The notes beneath the pieces were generated by a model. The model was given only the letters and a program-made list of their open reading frames with translations, searched no databases and was not told the DNA's origin. Positions 1 to 8,076 of a DNA stretch of 64,000 nucleotides are shown here, in pieces. The stretch comes from an uncultured Anaerolineaceae bacterium (lineage in GTDB: Bacteria > Chloroflexota > Anaerolineae > Aggregatilineales > Phototrophicaceae), in assembly GCA_964593565.1 (NCBI GenBank), contig CAZQIY010000005.1, forward strand, positions 18,334 to 82,333. Direction: 5' to 3'. Each line of letters begins with the position of its first letter. The first letter of the stretch is position 1. The translations under genes were made by a program, and so were the position numbers.

Positions 1-597
1 CATAATGCCGACCTCGCGCTCCTGCGCGATCTGCAGCAGGCGTTCTGCGTCGCGCCGGTAATCGGCGTTGCCATACATCACGCCGTTGACCGGGAAAAGC
101 ACGCTGTCGAAGTCGAAGCGGTTGAGCGCCTCGATATAAATGGACGGGGCCAGCCAGCCGTGCCCGGTGATACCGATATACTTTGTCAGACCCTCGTCGC
201 GTGCCCGCTGCGCCGCTTTCAGCGCGCCATCCGGCCCGGTGGCCTTGTCCAGTTCCTCGAACGTCGTCACGGCGTGAATCTGGATCAGGTCCAGCGGCCC
301 ACGCAGCAGCGCCACCGACCGGTTGAATTCCGCCCAGGCGCCGTCATAGGTGCGCAGGCCGGATTTTGTGCCCAGGAAAATCTCGTCGCGATGCCGTTCG
401 ACCCACGGCCCCATGCGCGTTTCGGCCATACCGTGCGAATAAGAGGCCGCCGTATCGTAATGATTGACTCCCGCCGCCAGCGCCCTATCCAGCGCCGCTT
501 CCGCTTCTTCCTGGCTGATCGTCGGGTGCAGGGCCGCGCCGCCAAAAATCGCCACGCTGCTCATGTGCCCGCTGCGGCCATAGCGTCTCTTTTCCAT
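1..597 (-). CDS. aldo/keto reductase family oxidoreductase (C-terminal part runs off the window start)
   Basis: Absent from ORF track because it is open at the edge. My reverse-strand translation from ATG (cat at 595-597) reads MEKRRYGRSGHMSSVAIFGGAALHPTISQEEAEAALDRALAAGVNHYDTAASYSHGMAETRMGPW...LDLIQIHAV...YIGITGHGW, a typical AKR layout. Confidence 0.75.
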   Translation of the reverse strand, partial: MEKRRYGRSGHMSSVAIFGGAALHPTISQEEAEAALDRALAAGVNHYDTAASYSHGMAETRMGPWVERHRDEIFLGTKSGLRTYDGAWAEFNRSVALLRGPLDLIQIHAVTTFEELDKATGPDGALKAAQRARDEGLTKYIGITGHGWLAPSIYIEALNRFDFDSVLFPVNGVMYGNADYRRDAERLLQIAQEREVGIM

Positions 598-683
598 GAA
601 CCTTCGCCTCCGTTTCCTCTTGAATTCTGTCCGGCTCCTGCGATAAAACCACACGCCTTATGGTACATCATTCATCCGGCCTG

Positions 684-692
684 TGCTATAAT
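684..692 (+). promoter_or_regulatory. candidate extended -10 promoter element TGCTATAAT for the downstream GT-C gene
   Basis: Exact TGnTATAAT at 684-692 in the 93-bp divergent gap. It overlaps the first ATG (691), so the ATG at 703 may be the real start with a very short leader. No good -35. Confidence 0.35.
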
Positions 693-2190
693 GCCGCCCG
701 CTATGGATACGCTCCTGGGCTGGTTATTGATTGTGCTGGTGCTGGTGGCTGCCTACCCCTGGGCGGCCTGGTTGACATCCCGCAGCCAGCGCGAGGGTGG
801 TTTCTGGCTGCCGGTACTGCTGGCGCTGGCCCTGTGCAGCGGCGCACTGTCGCTGATCATGTTCTGGCAGGGGCTGGCGAATATCCCCTTCAGTCTGTGG
901 GGTATCACCCTGCCGTACCTGCTGCTGATGCTGTTGGGGGCGTGGTTGTGGCGGCGCGCTGGCATGCCCCGCCCGGCCCTGACCCTGCCCGCTGCGCGCT
1001 GGGAACGAATCGCGCTGGCCCTGCTGCTGCCCATCTGCGCCGGGGTGTTGTTCAACAGCCTGTACTGGCCCTTCAGCCGCGAGGATGCGCTGGGCATTTA
1101 TGCGCGATATGGCGAAGTGATGTTTGACCAGCGCGCTCTGGTCGACCTGCCCGGCGAGTTCACCGTTTACGAAGCCTACCCGATTCTCATCCCGCTGACG
1201 TACACCTATACCTATCTCGCTTCCGGCTGGCAGAACGAATTTCTGGCGCGGCTGTTCCCGGCGCTGATGAGCCTGGGCTGTCTGGCGGCCATCTTCACGC
1301 TGGGGCGCATGCTGCGCGGCCCGCTGGCGGGGTGGGTGGGGGCGCTGCTGCTGGCGATCACCCCCGCTTTTGGCAGTTGGGCCTCATCGGGCTATGTCGA
1401 TCTGCCAATGGCGTTCTTTTATACGCTGGCGGCGATCTTTGCCTGGCGCCAGTGGCAGGGCGGGCACTGGCGCGATGCGCTGCTGGCCGGGGCCATGATG
1501 GGACTGGCAGCCTGGACAAAAAATACCGGCCTGATCGGAATCGGGCTGCTGGCGGCCTGGCTGCTGTGGGTCCGGCTGCATGGGCGCATCACCTGGCCGC
1601 AGATAGCGCTGGTGCTGCTGGCCTGCGGGCTGCTCGCGGCGCCCTGGTACCTGCGCAATCTGGCCGGGGCGGGTTTGCTCATCCCCCCGACCATCTGGAC
1701 GGAACAGGCCAGCCGCACGCTGGACACGCTGCTGACTCCGATCACGCACCCCCAGACCTACAGCATCACCGGGCCGATTGTGCTGGTCAGCGTGGTGATG
1801 GCGCTGGTGGAACTGCTGCGACGCAGGCTGAATCTGCCCTCATTCGCGCTGCTGCTGTCGTGGACCCTGCCGTTTTATGTCGTGTGGTGGTGGTATGCCA
1901 GCTACGACCCGCGCTTTATCCTGCTGTTTCTGCCGCTGTGGTGCGTGCTGGCCGGGGTGCAGTTAGCGCGGGTGTGGGCTGCGCTGCCGGCCGGGTGGCA
2001 TCGCTGGCTGATCGCGCCGGTGCTGGTACTGGTGACCGGCCTCGTGCTGCTGGCGACCTGGGACAGCGTGGAAAACAAGGACGACCTGCTGCGTAATCCG
2101 CTGATGAGCGTGGAGGAACGCCGCATGGTCGCCATCCGCGAACGCCAGCCGGAGCTGTACCAGCGCCTGTATGGCGATGAAGCGCCGTAG
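691..2190 (+). CDS. polytopic membrane protein, putative GT-C fold (family 39/PMT_2-like) glycosyltransferase
   Basis: C-terminal ~500 aa of ORF 160..2190. The part before 691 is antisense to the AKR gene. Starts MPPAMDTLLGWLLIVLVLV (alternative ATG at 703). Many TM helices, acidic loop motif FSREDALGIY, and TKNTG between helices as in ArnT/PMT-like enzymes. Confidence 0.6.
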   Translation: MPPAMDTLLGWLLIVLVLVAAYPWAAWLTSRSQREGGFWLPVLLALALCSGALSLIMFWQGLANIPFSLWGITLPYLLLMLLGAWLWRRAGMPRPALTLPAARWERIALALLLPICAGVLFNSLYWPFSREDALGIYARYGEVMFDQRALVDLPGEFTVYEAYPILIPLTYTYTYLASGWQNEFLARLFPALMSLGCLAAIFTLGRMLRGPLAGWVGALLLAITPAFGSWASSGYVDLPMAFFYTLAAIFAWRQWQGGHWRDALLAGAMMGLAAWTKNTGLIGIGLLAAWLLWVRLHGRITWPQIALVLLACGLLAAPWYLRNLAGAGLLIPPTIWTEQASRTLDTLLTPITHPQTYSITGPIVLVSVVMALVELLRRRLNLPSFALLLSWTLPFYVVWWWYASYDPRFILLFLPLWCVLAGVQLARVWAALPAGWHRWLIAPVLVLVTGLVLLATWDSVENKDDLLRNPLMSVEERRMVAIRERQPELYQRLYGDEAP

Positions 2191-2210
2191 GGGCAATATT
2201 CGCCTGTTTG

Positions 2211-4082
2211 TCAGGGGATATGCACCGGCCCCAGCCCGATCTGATCGTCGGTGGTGCCCTCCGGCAGCGACACGGCCAGCCGCTGTTCCAGTTGGCTTTC
2301 ATCGGCAAAGGCTGCCAGGCTGATCCACCATTCGCCCGGCATGGGCTGATCCGGCAGGGGCAGGCGCACCACCTCGCCCACGATTTCCCCCGGCTGCCAG
2401 CAGGTGGTCGGGTAGCGCGTATCCAGTGCCTGCCAGACCGTCGTGTCCTGTGGCAGCGATCCATCCGGCGCGACCAGCAGCGCCGCGAACCAGTACGGCG
2501 TCGTCATCTGGCGCAGCGGCTGCCAGTTGAGATGCAGCGTCAGGTGATCATCTGCGGCCTGCGCCTCCCACCCCACCAGCCGAAAATCCTCGCCAAAGGT
2601 GGCCTGTGCAGCATGCGCCACCGGCACTGGCCCCGGCGCCTGTGGTGGCGGATTCATGTCCGGCGCGTTAATCAGCAGCCATGTCCCCGCGACAGCTACC
2701 AGCAGCGCCGCCTGTCCCGTGCTGATGAGCAGCCATCCCCTGGCGGCACGCTCCCGGTTGAGGCTGGCCGCCGCGCTGATGAGCACAAACGGAGCAAAGA
2801 ACAGCCACACCCGCCCGGTTTCGCCGCGTGCTGTGCCGCTGATGACCAGCACCAGCATGGTCAGCAGCAGGGCCAGCGCCAGCACGCCGCCGTTATCCGG
2901 TTTGCGCCGCAGCGCCCACACCAGCCACAGCGCGATCAGCGGCAGCCCGGTCAGCAGCGCCCATTCCCAACTGTGCAGCCACAGCCAGGGCAGGTAAGGG
3001 CGATCCAGAATCAGATGATTCGCCATCGCGTGATCGAGTAAATCCAGCGGAGACAGGCCGCTGAGCAGCCAGTACATTACCCAGGGCGCCGCCAGCCCCA
3101 GCCCGAACCACAGCCCGGCGACAATGGGACGCCGCAGCCCGCGCCGCCGCAGCCACAGGTCATGCAGCAGCGTATAAAAGCCAAAAAGCCCCAGCAGCGG
3201 CACCATCGAAAAATTGGCGAAGATCAGCAGCCCGGCGACCAGCCCCGATGCCACCAGCCAGCCCGCGCCGCCCTGTAACCCGCGCAGCAGCAGCCAGAAA
3301 GCGACCAGCGCCCCCAGCGGATAGACGGTGTTCCATGTGGGGGTGAACAGCACCAGCGCCGGCACCAGCGGCCACCACGCCACCGCCAGCCGCGCCGCCT
3401 GTCCATCATCATCGACCAGCCGCCGGGTGATGGCATGCAGCAGAATCACCGCCAGCCCGGCCCACACCGGCATCAGCATGCCGAACCAGGCCGATGCCCA
3501 CTGCGCCGGGCTGTAGGCCAGCAGCGCATAATTGCGGCACTGGTACACAATCAGCGCCCGGTGCAGCGGATCTGTCACCGCCGGGACCTGATCCAGCGCC
3601 GTGTTCAGCGCGCCGTACCACAGCGGCAGGGCCGGGCCAGACAGTACGATATGCCCGCTGCGCCCGACAAAGGGTTCAACCGTTTGCGGCCAGTTCAGCC
3701 AGGCGGGGTCAGACCAGTCAATTTCGGCGCCTGCCAGATGCTGCCCGGTGGTGACGCCGGAAGCGGTGCGGATAAACAATTCGTAGACCACATCATCAGC
3801 GCGCAGCCACAGCCCCGCCAGCGACAGGGCCACCACCCCGGCAAAGCTCCAGATCAGCAGCCAGCGGGTCTGCCGCCTGTGCCGCAGCAGCGCCCATGCC
3901 CCGGCCACATATACCGCCATCGCGGCCAGCAGCGGCACAACCCGCACCGGCGATACAGGATCATAGGGCCACTGCCAGCCGAAGCCACCGCGCAGCAGCG
4001 GCACGGCATCCACCAGCAGCAGCAGCGCCACCCCCAGCGACAGCGCCAGCAGAATCAACCAGGGCCGGGATAGTGCGCGCAT
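2211..4082 (-). CDS. polytopic membrane protein with C-terminal beta-rich extracytoplasmic module (putative glycosyltransferase-associated)
   Basis: 623-aa ORF with more than 10 predicted TM helices (MRALSRPWLILLALSLGVALLLLV...). C-terminal 124 aa resemble the tails of the 792-aa and 609-aa GT-C proteins. Its start overlaps the upstream stop (TAATG at 4080-4084). Confidence 0.6.
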   Translation of the reverse strand: MRALSRPWLILLALSLGVALLLLVDAVPLLRGGFGWQWPYDPVSPVRVVPLLAAMAVYVAGAWALLRHRRQTRWLLIWSFAGVVALSLAGLWLRADDVVYELFIRTASGVTTGQHLAGAEIDWSDPAWLNWPQTVEPFVGRSGHIVLSGPALPLWYGALNTALDQVPAVTDPLHRALIVYQCRNYALLAYSPAQWASAWFGMLMPVWAGLAVILLHAITRRLVDDDGQAARLAVAWWPLVPALVLFTPTWNTVYPLGALVAFWLLLRGLQGGAGWLVASGLVAGLLIFANFSMVPLLGLFGFYTLLHDLWLRRRGLRRPIVAGLWFGLGLAAPWVMYWLLSGLSPLDLLDHAMANHLILDRPYLPWLWLHSWEWALLTGLPLIALWLVWALRRKPDNGGVLALALLLTMLVLVISGTARGETGRVWLFFAPFVLISAAASLNRERAARGWLLISTGQAALLVAVAGTWLLINAPDMNPPPQAPGPVPVAHAAQATFGEDFRLVGWEAQAADDHLTLHLNWQPLRQMTTPYWFAALLVAPDGSLPQDTTVWQALDTRYPTTCWQPGEIVGEVVRLPLPDQPMPGEWWISLAAFADESQLEQRLAVSLPEGTTDDQIGLGPVHIP

Positions 4083-6460
4083 TATTCCTCCACGATGATG
4101 GCTGCGGGCAGCACGCCGATGGTGCCTTCAACGGTTTCTGTGCCCTGTACAGGCAGGTTAACGAGCGTGCCATCCGGCGCGGTGGTATACAGCACCACCC
4201 ACAGGCGATATTCCCCCGGCGGTGTATCAGGCGGCACCTGCAGGGCGCGGTTATCCCACACCGGCACGCCCGGGCGCCAGCTATCGGTAGGCGCAAAGCC
4301 CATCCCCGGCTCGCTGTCCCACCCCTGCGCTACTGGCCCGCCGCTGGCATCGCGCAGGAACCAGGCGATGGTGTAGCGCGCCTCCAGCGCGGCATCTGTG
4401 CGCCAGTACAGCGAGACGGGCAGCGGGTCGCCCGGCGCATAGCGCGTCCCGTTGGGCAGTTCGTAACCCGCCAGGGTGATATGATCGCCATAGACCAGAT
4501 CGGTGGTGTACTGCGGCCCCAGAAAGGCGTAAGGGGCAGGGGCCTGGGCCGTGCTGTACTCGATCAGGCGTACCTGTGGCCCGGTGGACCATTCGCGTAC
4601 TGGGTAATAATAAGCGGCCATAAAACGCTCAACCGGGCGCACGCTCCAGGGGTGGAACGGTCCGCTGTCGGCCAGCACAAACAGGCGCTCGTGCTGTTGG
4701 GCCAGCGCAAAGATCAGCGGCCCGGTGCTGCGGTGGATTAATGCCTCCGGATTTTCCGCCACAACCTCCGGTGGCTGTTCCGGGCTGGGCTGTTCGCCGG
4801 GCTGAAACGGCAGGCTGACGATGCGCGGGCTGTCCGGCCTTTCGTGCTGGGTGAAGAAGCGCTCATAGGCCAGGCTGCTCAGCAGCACTACATCATCGCG
4901 CTGCGTTTCGGCCTGCATCATCGCCTGCATGTCGTGTAACTGCTGGTTATCAGCTTGAAACAGCGGATCATCCGCTATCGCCCGCAGGCCCAGCAGCGCC
5001 GCCAGCGCAAAGCCTCCCGCCAGCGCCGCCGCGCTCCAAGTGGGCAGGCGCTGCCCGCGCAGCCGCTGCCACAGCAGATAACTTCCGATCAGCGCCAGCC
5101 CGCCAAAGGCTACCGGCCACAGCGGCACCCCCAGCCGCACCCAGGCGAAGTCAAAGTCTGCCTGCGGCCATAACGCCGGGATGACGACCCAGCGCAGGTA
5201 ACGCACCACGTTCAGCCCGCCGCCCCATTCGCCCAGACGATTCGCTTCTGGCGGCAGGGCCGCGCTGTAATCGCCCCACCACAGCGTCACCGCGCTGAGC
5301 TGCACCCACACCGCATACAGCAGCAGCGCCAGCGTCACCAGCAGCATGGCGTTGGGGTAGGGGCGGCGCAGGGCGCGATCCAGCGCGGGCAGCGCGGCAA
5401 TCAGGCCGAACGGCACCACCGGGATCAGAAAACGGGGCGGCCACGACAGGCCCCCGAACCAATCCTGCCCCTGCCACAGCGCATAGACCAGCGCAAAACT
5501 GAGGGCGATTACCCCCAGTGCCAGCCCGTGCCGCCAGCGCCGCGACAGCCACACGCCCGGGATCGCCAGCAGTATCACCGGCGATGTGGCCCACACACTG
5601 CCGCCAATGCTCAGCAGGTAGCTGTGCAGGGCCACCCCCAGCGCCGGACTCGGCCTGCGCACAATATTCACCAACTGGTTGATGCGCCCGGCAATGCCCA
5701 GCGTCTCGCCGAACAGCACCACCAGCCCCGCCAGCGCCAGCCCCACCAGCCCCAGCAGCAATGCGCGCCGCACGGTCAGGCGCGGGGCCACAATCACCAG
5801 CAGCGCGGGCAGGGCCAGTACCGCCGCCGCCTTGCTGAAGGCCGCCGCCACACCCAGCGCCAGCGCCAGCAGCAGCCAGTACAGGGCGTGGTAACCGCTG
5901 GCGCGCCATTTTTCCAGCATCAGCGCGCAGCTCAAAATCAGCAGCAGGGTCAGCGGTTCCTGAAAGAAGGTTTTGCTGTACGGCCAGACAATCGTCCCTA
6001 CCGCCAGCAGCAAGGCCGCCAGCACCCCCACACGCTCATCATAGCCCAGCGTACGGGCATAGAGGAACAGCACACAGGCCGCCGCCGCGCTGACCAGGAT
6101 ATTAAACAGATAGACGACATGCACCAGCCCGACGCCGGGTATCTGAGACGCCAGCCAGTACAACGGGGTCACCAGGATAATCTGAAGGGGTTCCGCCCCG
6201 ACATGAGGCAGGGGATAGCGGGTGTCTGTAGGCAGGCTGCCCGGTGGCGGCGGCCTCACCCCGGCGCTGATATCCAGTCGCAGGTCGCCATAGCGCACCA
6301 GGCTGCCAGCAGCATCAAACAAAAACAGCGTATCGGTGCTTTCGATACGTGCGCTGTAGGTCAGCATATAGAAGCTGCACAAACTGACAAAAAGAACCAC
6401 CAGCAGCCCGAACCGCCGGTGGCTCTGTATCTGATTCTGTACTTGTTCTGGCGATTGCAT
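4082..6460 (-). CDS. GT-C fold membrane glycosyltransferase-like protein (family 39-like) with C-terminal beta-rich module
   Basis: 792-aa ORF. N-terminal TM then loop YSARIESTDTLFLFDAAGS, YSKTFFQEPL between helices, more than 10 TM segments, then a soluble region ending in ITLAGYELPNG...SLYWR...PPGEYRLWVVLY. Confidence 0.65.
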   Translation of the reverse strand: MQSPEQVQNQIQSHRRFGLLVVLFVSLCSFYMLTYSARIESTDTLFLFDAAGSLVRYGDLRLDISAGVRPPPPGSLPTDTRYPLPHVGAEPLQIILVTPLYWLASQIPGVGLVHVVYLFNILVSAAAACVLFLYARTLGYDERVGVLAALLLAVGTIVWPYSKTFFQEPLTLLLILSCALMLEKWRASGYHALYWLLLALALGVAAAFSKAAAVLALPALLVIVAPRLTVRRALLLGLVGLALAGLVVLFGETLGIAGRINQLVNIVRRPSPALGVALHSYLLSIGGSVWATSPVILLAIPGVWLSRRWRHGLALGVIALSFALVYALWQGQDWFGGLSWPPRFLIPVVPFGLIAALPALDRALRRPYPNAMLLVTLALLLYAVWVQLSAVTLWWGDYSAALPPEANRLGEWGGGLNVVRYLRWVVIPALWPQADFDFAWVRLGVPLWPVAFGGLALIGSYLLWQRLRGQRLPTWSAAALAGGFALAALLGLRAIADDPLFQADNQQLHDMQAMMQAETQRDDVVLLSSLAYERFFTQHERPDSPRIVSLPFQPGEQPSPEQPPEVVAENPEALIHRSTGPLIFALAQQHERLFVLADSGPFHPWSVRPVERFMAAYYYPVREWSTGPQVRLIEYSTAQAPAPYAFLGPQYTTDLVYGDHITLAGYELPNGTRYAPGDPLPVSLYWRTDAALEARYTIAWFLRDASGGPVAQGWDSEPGMGFAPTDSWRPGVPVWDNRALQVPPDTPPGEYRLWVVLYTTAPDGTLVNLPVQGTETVEGTIGVLPAAIIVEE

Positions 6461-6505
6461 TCTTACCGGTTTAAGCCGCGAAAATACAGTCGCACAACTA
6501 TAACA

Positions 6506-7051
6506 TTAATTGACTTTGCTGCCACCGGTCAGCTTGTTGCGCATCCCCAGCAGCCCCTTGATGACTTTCTGGCTGGCAGAAAGCTGGTCCAGATTTTCCA
6601 GGCCCACTTCATAGGTGGCAGCCCCGCGCATGACGTTGCCTTCGCGCACCTGCAGGCCGCCCATCGCGATCAGCGTTTCGCCGTACAGCTTCTTTTCGCC
6701 CAGTTCATCGAAAATATCGGCGGCCTGGCGATAGCAGTTGTAGGCCTGTTCCTTATCATCCAGCGCGGCATACACCCCCCCCAGGTTGCCCAGGGTCATC
6801 GCGCTGCGGCGCATATCCTGCATCGTCCTGAAGGTGTGCAGTGCTTCCTGCATGACATCCAGCGCCTGCTGGTGTTGGCCCAGAGCGCGGTGCACCAGCC
6901 CCAGATTCACCAGCATTTCGGCCACCATGTCCATCTGGCCTTCGGCTTCATAGGCATCGCGCGCCTGATGGAACAGCCGCGCCGCATCTTCGTAATCCTG
7001 CTGCTGGAACAGTTTAACGCCCTGTGCCTGCAATTCTTCTGCCTGATTCAC
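6506..7051 (-). CDS. tetratricopeptide (TPR) repeat protein
   Basis: 181 aa, GTG start. Repeated 34-aa helical pattern: GVKLFQQQDYEDAARLFHQARDAY, LGLVHRALGQHQQALDVMQEAL, LGGVYAALDDKEQAYNCYRQAADIF. Confidence 0.8.
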   Translation of the reverse strand: MNQAEELQAQGVKLFQQQDYEDAARLFHQARDAYEAEGQMDMVAEMLVNLGLVHRALGQHQQALDVMQEALHTFRTMQDMRRSAMTLGNLGGVYAALDDKEQAYNCYRQAADIFDELGEKKLYGETLIAMGGLQVREGNVMRGAATYEVGLENLDQLSASQKVIKGLLGMRNKLTGGSKVN

Positions 7052-7068
7052 TGCTGCTTACCTCATCA

Positions 7069-7821
7069 CTACATGGTAATTTCGAGCATACTTTCGCCCA
7101 CCTGACGTAACTTGTCAGTAGGCATTTTACTGAGCATGATGGCGATTTCGATAAAGCCGATGTTGACCGGATTTGCCGCGAACTGGCGCACATCATCCGG
7201 CAGGTTGGTAAAATGTTTCCATTCCTCACGGCTTGCCAGCAGCCTGCCAATATAGCTGCTGCTTTCCAGAAAATAACTCAGGTTTTTGTTGACCGCGTTT
7301 GCCAGCACAGACAGTTCATGAATCGGCAGGGGCGTTTCGCCCAGTTCATAACGTTCGATCTGTTCAACGGCGATCTGGCTGGTCTCGCTCAACGTTTCCA
7401 GACTGTGCCCGGCTTCTTCCCGCGCCTGCCGCAGCAGCGCCCCGATCATGCGGTCGCGCAGGGCCAGGTACTGGGTATTGGCATCAGTCCGCTGGTCCTG
7501 GCTGTCGCTGATCGTTTCCGTGCCCCAGAAATGCGACACCGGAACCCCCAGAAAACTCGCCAGCAGTTCCAGTTGGGGCAGGCTGGGCACACTTTCGCCA
7601 TATTCCCAGGCCTGCACCTGGGCCGGCTCTACCCGCAGCAGCAGCGCGCATTCCTCGATGCTGCGTTTGGCGCTCAGCCGCGCATCCTGGATCAGTACCC
7701 CGACCATGCGGGCGCGCAGACGATACGATTCGGCAGGGTCTGCCGGTCTGGGCTGTGGAGCAGCAGACTCCGGCTCCTGATGCGCTTTTTTGAATCTTGA
7801 GGAAACGTCTCCGAAATCCAT
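7069..7821 (-). CDS. XRE-family transcriptional regulator with two helix-turn-helix domains
   Basis: Internal ATG at 7821 (MDFGDVSSRF...) is preferred over the track start 7914, because a TTGCCC-N17-TATAAT promoter lies inside the longer version. Two HTH_3-like units: IEECALLLRVEPAQVQAWEYGESVPSLPQLELLASFLGV and LETLSETSQIAVEQIERYELGETPLPIHELSVLANAV. Confidence 0.75.
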   Translation of the reverse strand: MDFGDVSSRFKKAHQEPESAAPQPRPADPAESYRLRARMVGVLIQDARLSAKRSIEECALLLRVEPAQVQAWEYGESVPSLPQLELLASFLGVPVSHFWGTETISDSQDQRTDANTQYLALRDRMIGALLRQAREEAGHSLETLSETSQIAVEQIERYELGETPLPIHELSVLANAVNKNLSYFLESSSYIGRLLASREEWKHFTNLPDDVRQFAANPVNIGFIEIAIMLSKMPTDKLRQVGESMLEITM

Positions 7822-7860
7822 TATGCAACTCCACCCAGCACCATTAAACAGTATAAGCGC

Positions 7861-7889
7861 ATTATAAAGTGCCCGTCCCTTAAGGGCAA
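7861..7889 (-). promoter_or_regulatory. candidate sigma-70-type promoter for the XRE-TPR-GT-C operon
   Basis: Minus strand reads TTGCCC, a 17-nt spacer, then TATAAT (plus-strand attata at 7861-7866, gggcaa at 7884-7889). This is about 40 nt upstream of ATG 7821. Confidence 0.45.
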
Positions 7890-8011
7890 CTCGTATGATG
7901 GCCAGGCCGGGCACTGCATCAGGGCGCTGAATGGTGGCTGTTTAACCAGTCATAAACAGCCTCATGCAGGGCAAACTGTCCATGTTCTGGCGGAATCCGT
8001 ATACCTTAATA

Positions 8012-8040
8012 GTTTTAATGGTGTCAGGGCAGTGTATAAT
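8012..8040 (+). promoter_or_regulatory. candidate promoter for the histidine kinase gene
   Basis: Perfect TATAAT at 8035-8040, 37 nt upstream of ATG 8077. Only a weak T-rich -35 (gttttaa) at 8012-8018. Confidence 0.35.
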
Positions 8041-8076
8041 ACGCAAAGATGATTTACCGAAAACAGCATTTTTCCT

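Noticed and set aside
160-690. N-terminal 177 residues of track ORF 160..2190
   Set aside because: This part overlaps the aldo/keto reductase gene on the opposite strand and translates to Arg/Pro-rich sequence. The membrane protein signature begins only at MPPAMDTLLGW (691).
7822-7914. Upstream extension of the XRE ORF (MPGLAIIRVALKGRALYNALILFNGAGWSCI)
   Set aside because: The extension contains the candidate TTGCCC-N17-TATAAT promoter and lies in an AT-rich non-coding-looking segment. The internal ATG at 7821 gives a normal XRE N-terminus.
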